Positions 60,401 to 64,000 of a DNA stretch of 64,000 nucleotides are shown here, piece after piece. Where the stretch lies: NCBI RefSeq assembly GCF_006345805.1, contig NC_043007.1, forward strand, positions 20,770,001 to 20,834,000. The letters are read 5' to 3'. A program made the translations under genes and the position numbers. Under the pieces are notes generated by a model. It was not told the origin of the DNA. It did no database searches and was given only the letters and a program-made list of their open reading frames with translations. Source of the DNA: Octopus sinensis. Lineage: Eukaryota. The first letter of the stretch is position 1; each line of letters begins with the position of its first letter.

Positions 60401-62688
60401 GCTGGCATGGGTTGGACGGTTCAACTAGGGTCTGGGAAGCAAGAAGGCTGTGTCAGGCCCAGTCTGATTTAGCAGTGTTTCTACGGCTGGATGCCCTTCC
60501 TAACGCCAACCACTCCGTGAGTGTAGTGGGTGCTTTTTACGTGCCACCTGCACAGGTGCCAGACGAGGCTGGCAACGGCCACAATCGGATGGTGCTTTTT
60601 ACATGCCGCCGGCACGGGGCAGACGAGGCTGGCAACGGCTCTCTTACGTGCCATCGGCACTGGTAGCTCAGCTACAATTTCCATTGATGTTGATATTTCT
60701 TTATTTATCAGAATTGGGATCTTAGACAAATTACGCTGGGCCCTTTTGTATTTAATTATTGACAGCAAATTAATGCCATGGAGCCCTGTCATATATATTT
60801 ATTGACAGAAAACCACAGCCTTCGTAGATCAGAACTGGGTCCCTAAACCCATGAAGTCCACAGGCAACTGCCTGGTGTTCCTGTCTCTTAAGATGACACT
60901 GCATACAAGTAACTGGTTAATGTATTCTGCCGGTGTCTTATGACCACCCTGCCTTCGGCGACTACATAGACTGAATTTCTTTACTGGTTGTGTTGATAGC
61001 ATATTTAATGTAGTTATAATCATTACAGAGCTTAATCTGGTTGGTGTCAAGAAACGAGAATTGTTTGATACCAGATAATTCAAAGCATTGATGTTGTTAA
61101 GACTAGTGTAATATTGTTGGGTACTACTTGAGAACAGTGGTCCCGGTGCGCGCGCTGGCGTAGTCGCGCATCCGCGCTAGCTAGTCGTGACTAGTCGATC
61201 CTACAACGACTACCTAGCAAAGTAAATAAAACACAAAATAAATCATTTTTTACACAAAGTAAATAATTTTTGTTAAACAAAGTAAATAAAACTCAAAAAC
61301 ACAAAGTAAGGATCGACTAGTCATGACTAGCTTGCGCAGATGCGCGAGTGCGCGCACCGGGACCACTGTTCTCAAGTAGTACCATATTGTTGATGTTTTA
61401 ACATAGTGTTAATAATATCTTCATTAAACAGTAAGACAGGAAAAGGAATTCCTGGAAATGCTATTTCAGGTTTTAAATTCACAAGTGAAGTAAAGTAAAT
61501 CAGTGTAGCCCTGCCAACCAAAATAGAACTTTAAAAATTATAAACTGGAATTTATTAATAAATATATACCTGTTTTTCTTCGAATATTTCAAACAGAATA
61601 ATAAAATCGTCCCAGAGTTTTGTTAGTTGATGGGAATGTTGTTTGTCCCACCAAAATAATGGCACTTGATGACTTTCTGAAAGAGAACACTCCAAGTTTT
61701 CCTGAGTTTCATTGCATATATCGACAATTCGTTTTAACAGATATATAGACTGTTTTCTCGCCAGCGAATTACTTTGACTAAAGCCCTGCTGTAATAAATT
61801 CCAGAAGAGCGGGTCGCGACGGAGATCTAGAAATTGTTCACTTTGAATATTCTGTTTAACAGGAAACCAAAAGTCAGCTAGAGAACATAGAATGGTCAGT
61901 GGTTTGCAGTTATAAACTTCGTCTGGACAGGTTTCAGTCTCCTTCGAAATGTCAGTAATTACTGCCCAAAGGGCCACAGCTTGTGGATAGTAATCGTCAC
62001 AAGATCGTATCATATCTTTCAATAATGTACAGCTAATCTGACCAACTAAGGTCTCATCAAAAACTTTTAAAGCTTCAATAAATACTGGGTACAGGCATTG
62101 GACAATTTCTCCTACGATTGGAAATTCAAAATTTACGGCGGAGGCTTTCCTTAAAATTCTTTTTAAGGTTTCGATAACAATCCGAACATCAACAAACGAA
62201 CATGTAATTTGATATTTACCAAAAGCAGTCGGGTTTTCGTGGATATAATGCAAAATGGACGTCTTAAACATATGAATGATGTTATTTTGGATTGAATGGG
62301 GGCACAAGTCTAGACATAGAATAAAAACATCACAGAGCGGTGCCAGCTGTTCGTAAGGTATACTAAAACCGAGAGGTAAATTATGTTGGAATTGTAAAAG
62401 TTTTGAATAGAATTCAGTGACGATTTCACCTATAATAGGTTTAATCGCATCACTTGATACAACACATCCAATGTTGTTGTCTTGATATGTTTTAATTATC
62501 CGATCGAGCGAAGGTGTGGTTTGAACCAGCTGCTCCATACTGGTGCTCGAAGATACACGTTTCGATATCCGAGTTAAGAGCTGTACAATGATATCTGTAA
62601 CAAGAGAATGGTCGATAGCATCACCGGAATCGTTCACAATATTTAGAGTCACTTGAAAAAGGTTTATTTCTGAATTCAGAATATCCAT
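22672..62688 (-). CDS. TARBP1: tRNA (guanosine(18)-2'-O)-methyltransferase TARBP1/Trm3 homolog, whole gene span (26 coding exons, about 1613 aa once the exon-20 frameshift is corrected)
   Basis: Manually spliced exons all have GT-AG boundaries and matching phases; summed CDS is 4841 nt (one short of a multiple of 3). C-terminal SpoU motifs [32 protein letters not shown] and [43 protein letters not shown] are recognised from TARBP1/Trm3. Confidence 0.93.
24043..24179 (-). CDS. TARBP1: TARBP1 exon 25 ([29 protein letters not shown]...TVLIL)
   Basis: ttcttag| acceptor, GG|GTTAGT donor, phase 0 to 2. Confidence 0.93.
24471..25252 (-). repeat. Tandem array of about 3.4 SINE family A variant units, period about 232 bp
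   Basis: Units restart at about 24706, 24938 and 25169 with the shared linker TACAAGGCCCATAATATTC. Confidence 0.85.
25874..25998 (-). CDS. TARBP1: TARBP1 exon 24 ([17 protein letters not shown]...[12 protein letters not shown])
   Basis: tgttag| acceptor, GAG|GTAGGT donor, phase 1 to 0. Confidence 0.93.
26060..26422 (+). mobile_element. RTE-clade LINE 3' end fragment
   Basis: [16 protein letters not shown]...[11 protein letters not shown]...DREVW C-terminus followed by an (ATG)n tail; second copy at about 51872-52180(-). Confidence 0.8.
27316..27504 (-). CDS. TARBP1: TARBP1 exon 23 (APVLPNEE...FQKKIMPW...[15 protein letters not shown])
   Basis: tttaaag| acceptor, G|GTAAAG donor, phase 1 to 1; start of the SpoU domain. 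Confidence 0.92.
28311..28500 (-). CDS. TARBP1: TARBP1 exon 22 ([18 protein letters not shown]...KVS)
   Basis: tttgtag| acceptor, |GTAAGT donor, phase 0 to 1. Confidence 0.9.
28593..29295. repeat. Very long imperfect (TA)n/(TATG) microsatellite
   Basis: About 700 nt in TARBP1 intron 21. Confidence 0.97.
29545..29626 (-). CDS. TARBP1: TARBP1 exon 21 ([27 protein letters not shown])
   Basis: cttccag| acceptor, |GTAAGT donor, phase 2 to 0. Confidence 0.9.
31594..31777 (-). CDS. TARBP1: TARBP1 exon 20 with apparent 1-nt deletion ([13 protein letters not shown] / [12 protein letters not shown]...FTDD)
   Basis: tttacag| acceptor, AG|GTGAGG donor; 184 nt, but the phase 0 to 2 flanks require a length of 2 mod 3 (185). 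Confidence 0.82.
31861..32063. mobile_element. mariner-like MITE
   Basis: TA|TGAAAGGGGTGCTGAAAAGTTCCTGG...CCAGGAACTTTACAGCTTGTCCTCG|TA. Confidence 0.6.
32252..32546. mobile_element. TA-flanked MITE with TIRs of about 110 bp (Tc1/mariner-like)
   Basis: TA|CGGAGATGTACTTGCATAG...CTATGCAAGTACATCTCCA|TA; partial copies at about 32575-32720 and 1484-1585. Confidence 0.75.
33701..33787 (-). CDS. TARBP1: TARBP1 exon 19 ([29 protein letters not shown])
   Basis: ctttcag| acceptor, CAG|GTTCTT donor (weak), phase 0 to 0. Confidence 0.8.
33941..34902 (+). mobile_element. RTE-clade LINE 3' end: ORF2 C-terminus, long 3' UTR and (GAT)n tail
   Basis: EASMLRWMC...[14 protein letters not shown]...GRGRSRKTW motif typical of RTE; the UTR matches the most abundant interspersed repeat in the window. 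Confidence 0.85.
35031..35543. mobile_element. pogo/Tigger-like MITE
   Basis: TA|CTGTAAATCCTCAAGTATAATCCGC...GCGGACTATACTCGAGGATTTATGG|TA; partial copy at about 57280-57364. Confidence 0.7.
36095..36244 (-). CDS. TARBP1: TARBP1 exon 18 ([11 protein letters not shown]...[20 protein letters not shown]...QT)
   Basis: tttgcag| acceptor, |GTAAGT donor, phase 0 to 0. Confidence 0.9.
38487..38712 (-). CDS. TARBP1: TARBP1 exon 17 (CDMEVRML...[20 protein letters not shown]...LE)
   Basis: ttctag| acceptor, |GTAAGT donor, phase 2 to 0; [10 protein letters not shown] motif recognised from TARBP1. Confidence 0.9.
39264..39335 (-). CDS. TARBP1: TARBP1 exon 16 ([23 protein letters not shown])
   Basis: ttttaag| acceptor, |GTGAGT donor, phase 2 to 2. 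Confidence 0.86.
39825..39904 (+). mobile_element. Helitron family 1, 3'-end fragment
   Basis: CCCGAGCAACGCCGGG hairpin then CTAG|T; another 3' end at about 56420-56507. Confidence 0.65.
40035..40207 (-). CDS. TARBP1: TARBP1 exon 15 ([23 protein letters not shown]...YGTVYRKNE)
   Basis: ctttgctag| acceptor, AG|GTAGGT donor, phase 0 to 2. Confidence 0.86.
41592..41777 (-). CDS. TARBP1: TARBP1 exon 14 ([25 protein letters not shown]...FLQE)
   Basis: taacag| acceptor, GAG|GTAATG donor, phase 0 to 0. Confidence 0.87.
42690..43243 (+). mobile_element. CR1-clade LINE 3' end
   Basis: [12 protein letters not shown]...[12 protein letters not shown]...[14 protein letters not shown]...[13 protein letters not shown] motifs; (TAAC)n tail. 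Confidence 0.9.
43290..43524 (-). CDS. TARBP1: TARBP1 exon 13 ([28 protein letters not shown]...DIAQ)
   Basis: aaacag| acceptor, CAG|GTAAAA donor, phase 2 to 0. Confidence 0.86.
43596..43961 (-). mobile_element. Non-autonomous Helitron, family 2
   Basis: A|TCTCTATAC...terminal hairpin CACTATGACC...GGTCATAGTG-CTAG|T on the minus strand; no TSD. Confidence 0.75.
44222..44410 (+). mobile_element. R4/Dong-like (restriction-like endonuclease) LINE 3' end
   Basis: Translates to ...[22 protein letters not shown]; ends in (AAT)n. Confidence 0.6.
44520..44970. repeat. Modular minisatellite of about 60-120-bp units derived from the RTE 3' UTR module
   Basis: Recurrent CACCAT(T/C)CGAG(T/C)GTGATC(G/A)TT(A/G)CCA followed by alternating modules. 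Confidence 0.75.
45194..45384 (-). CDS. TARBP1: TARBP1 exon 12 ([16 protein letters not shown]...CEN)
   Basis: ctacag| acceptor, AG|GTGAGT donor, phase 0 to 2. Confidence 0.84.
46921..47070 (-). CDS. TARBP1: TARBP1 exon 11 ([15 protein letters not shown]...KPPSE)
   Basis: catcag| acceptor, |GTAAGA donor, phase 0 to 0. Confidence 0.84.
48569..48687 (-). CDS. TARBP1: TARBP1 exon 10 ([15 protein letters not shown]...EIEC)
   Basis: ttcaag| acceptor, |GTAAGT donor, phase 1 to 0. Confidence 0.82.
49988..50409. mobile_element. MITE with 30-bp TIRs and an internal telomere-like (CCCTAA) motif
   Basis: GGATCTTTTCAGTTTGAACGGCAGTTTTTT / AAAAAACTGCCGTTCAAACCGAAAAGATCC; flanks CTAACACT / CTAACACC (7/8 match). 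Confidence 0.8.
50447..50710 (-). CDS. TARBP1: TARBP1 exon 9 ([19 protein letters not shown]...LLEEFGI)
   Basis: ttttag| acceptor, G|GTAAGT donor, phase 1 to 1. Confidence 0.86.
50803..51200 (-). mobile_element. Non-autonomous Helitron, family 1, nested in a piggyBac-like MITE
   Basis: A|TCTTTATAT...CCCGAGCAACGCCGGG..CTAG|T; the empty site is visible in the uninterrupted host copy at 40379-40599. Confidence 0.85.
52516..52714 (-). CDS. TARBP1: TARBP1 exon 8 (TLVTPSEW...[17 protein letters not shown]...LKD)
   Basis: aatcag| acceptor, G|GTAAGT donor, phase 0 to 1. Confidence 0.88.
53627..53990 (+). mobile_element. Non-autonomous Helitron, family 2
   Basis: A|TCTCTATAT...CACTATGACCTGGCAACGCTGGGTCATAGTG-CTAG|T; homologous to 43596-43961. 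Confidence 0.78.
54123..54219 (-). CDS. TARBP1: TARBP1 exon 7 ([32 protein letters not shown])
   Basis: catcag| acceptor, |GTAAGT donor, phase 2 to 0. Confidence 0.88.
54421..54612 (+). mobile_element. R4/Dong-like LINE 3' end within (AAT)n
   Basis: Translates to ...[21 protein letters not shown]; (AAT)n on both sides. Confidence 0.65.
55935..56070 (-). CDS. TARBP1: TARBP1 exon 6 ([27 protein letters not shown]...)
   Basis: Poly-T-ag acceptor, |GTAAAT donor, phase 1 to 2. Confidence 0.88.
56841..56941 (-). CDS. TARBP1: TARBP1 exon 5 ([20 protein letters not shown]...ERK)
   Basis: ttcag| acceptor, G|GTAAGT donor, phase 2 to 1. Confidence 0.87.
57435..57487 (-). CDS. TARBP1: TARBP1 exon 4 ([18 protein letters not shown])
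   Basis: ttttattgcag| acceptor, |GTATGT donor, phase 0 to 2. Confidence 0.85.
58223..58368 (-). CDS. TARBP1: TARBP1 exon 3 ([20 protein letters not shown]...DQES)
   Basis: tag| acceptor, |GTGAGT donor, phase 1 to 0. Confidence 0.88.
59251..59317 (-). CDS. TARBP1: TARBP1 exon 2 ([22 protein letters not shown])
   Basis: ttttag| acceptor, G|GTATGT donor, phase 0 to 1. Confidence 0.88.
61120..61383. mobile_element. Mutator-like MITE with long TIRs and a 9-bp TSD
   Basis: Perfect 34-bp terminal IR GGTACTACTTGAGAACAGTGGTCCCGGTGCGCGC extending imperfectly to about 80 bp; TSD ATATTGTTG at 61111-61119 and 61384-61392. Confidence 0.88.
61570..62688 (-). CDS. TARBP1: TARBP1 coding exon 1 (MDILNSEI...IFEEKQ), 1119 nt
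   Basis: Long open frame; GCC-ATG-G start context; ends CAG|GTATAT; contains [13 protein letters not shown] and [16 protein letters not shown]. Confidence 0.88.
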
Positions 62689-63247
62689 GGCTTTAATTTT
62701 TATCAAATATTCGCAACACAAAATATATTGTAAACACGCCTATATTTTCTGAAAATAAATATATAAATGAAAACTAGTAATTAGTTTTCATACTTTATAA
62801 TCATGACGACAGTAAATTCTTTTCATTCAGCAGAAGCTTGGTTAGGGTAAAAACAAATTAGAATTCGCAACACGTGTGATCGTGAAGAAGGAGTTCCTTG
62901 AATGTGACACACGTTGCTAACCATGTGGTGGAACTCTTCAGCGTGAAGACCAGAATTAAACAGACTTCCGTCTTTCTAGCAACAACAACACTAATTGGTT
63001 TAAGTTGTTTTGTAATTGACGCAAGGTCCGCATTGACACTGTTGATTAGTAGCCTAGTTTTACTTTAAGCAGACGACTAATGGCAGGGAATTGACACTGC
63101 TGGTTAGTAAGCCTCGCCTAGTTTTACTTTAAGCAGACGACTAATGGCAGGGAGGTAACTGCCATTAAATACATTGACTATAAGAAGTAATGTACATCGA
63201 TATAAAGGTGTCGATAGGAAAAAGGAAACTAGACTTAAAACCAAAAG

Positions 63248-63462
63248 GGCCGATCTTACAGTACAAGTACCATAACTGCCAATTAGAAACCCGCGTGGGT
63301 TTGTTTACATTTCTGAAGAAAAAAGAAACCCTTTTCTCCTACACCTAACCCTAATCCGAACCCGAACCCCCCATATATAAAAAAATTCACGGAGGGTGAC
63401 GATCTTCTTCAAACGTAAACAAACACACGTGGCAGTTATGGTACTTGTACCGAAAGATGGCC
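63248..63462. mobile_element. MITE with imperfect TIRs of about 55 bp and an internal CCTAACCCTAA motif
   Basis: ATCTTACAGTACAAGTACCATAACTGCCA / TGGCAGTTATGGTACTTGTACCGAAAGAT; interior similar to 50250-50310. Confidence 0.7.
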
Positions 63463-64000
63463 AGAACATCAGAGATTGTTGAAAGATCTGTAGATCGAAA
63501 TAAACACTTGATAATTTTTTTTTTATATTTATGCTTTGAGTTCGTTTTCCCTTGTATTTTATTTGTCGTGTGTGGCTCGTAAGCAAGCTACTTACCACAC
63601 AGCCACTCCTACGCCTAATTTTATAAATATTTTTAATAATTTCTGAATCCCTATACAAAAATCATATCTAATTTTGACTCTGCCATTGAGTTCTATCTAC
63701 ACATTGGATGTACACCCAATCACTGCATATACATGCAATAGGAAGCCTTGTCAAGACTTAACTAAGCTTTCCATTCTCTCAGAGTGGATCTCAGCTCATT
63801 TCCTTATTGTCCTGCTTGTCAACTTACTTAATCTATGCTGAAGACAGGAAACCTCGTTCTGATGTCTTTTTTTTTTTACCTGTATCATTAAATCACCAGC
63901 TTAACTTCACCATATAATTTGGCACAGAGTCCATTCAATTTCAATTAACCTAGTTTTCTGATAAACCAGTAGAACAGTTTGTTCCTGGGATTTACCCCTC

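Noticed and set aside
60829-61083. 84-aa minus-strand ORF faintly reminiscent of a transposase C-terminus
   Set aside because: No convincing motif; I cannot support a call without a database search.
62689-62721. ORF-track start at TTG 62721 for TARBP1
   Set aside because: Non-ATG start; the in-frame GCCATGG at 62688 is the plausible eukaryotic start.
62874-62940. Imperfect hairpin with GTGAAGA-AGGA/TCCT upstream of TARBP1
   Set aside because: The core and GAAA do not fit a hammerhead; the pairing is too weak to call any RNA.

Overview
AT-rich, repeat-dense eukaryotic genomic DNA. The SINE/microsatellite complement looks like an octopus (coleoid cephalopod) assembly; this species assignment is inference. 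Two spliced genes lie on the minus strand. The first is a complete 26-coding-exon TARBP1/Trm3 gene (SpoU-family tRNA Gm18 2'-O-methyltransferase; ATG 62688, stop 22672, about 1613 aa). I could thread it by hand through GT-AG junctions with consistent phases, except for one apparent 1-nt deletion in exon 20 near 31737. The second is the first two coding exons of a mitochondrial-type acetyl-CoA synthetase (ACSS1-like; 13063-13396 and 2448-2544), which continues off the left edge. Introns and intergenic DNA hold at least four tRNA-derived SINE families, RTE/CR1/R4-like LINE 3' ends, a Penelope-like RT fragment, piggyBac-like, Tc1/mariner-like and Mutator-like MITEs, two non-autonomous Helitron families, large microsatellites and one 100-N gap. 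The most unusual signal is a set of five minimal type-I hammerhead-ribozyme-like motifs from three families. They include a tRNA-headed, hammerhead-carrying element in a head-to-head pair (18365-18746) whose tail also caps the Penelope RT fragment. No CRISPR array, rRNA or genuine tRNA gene was found.
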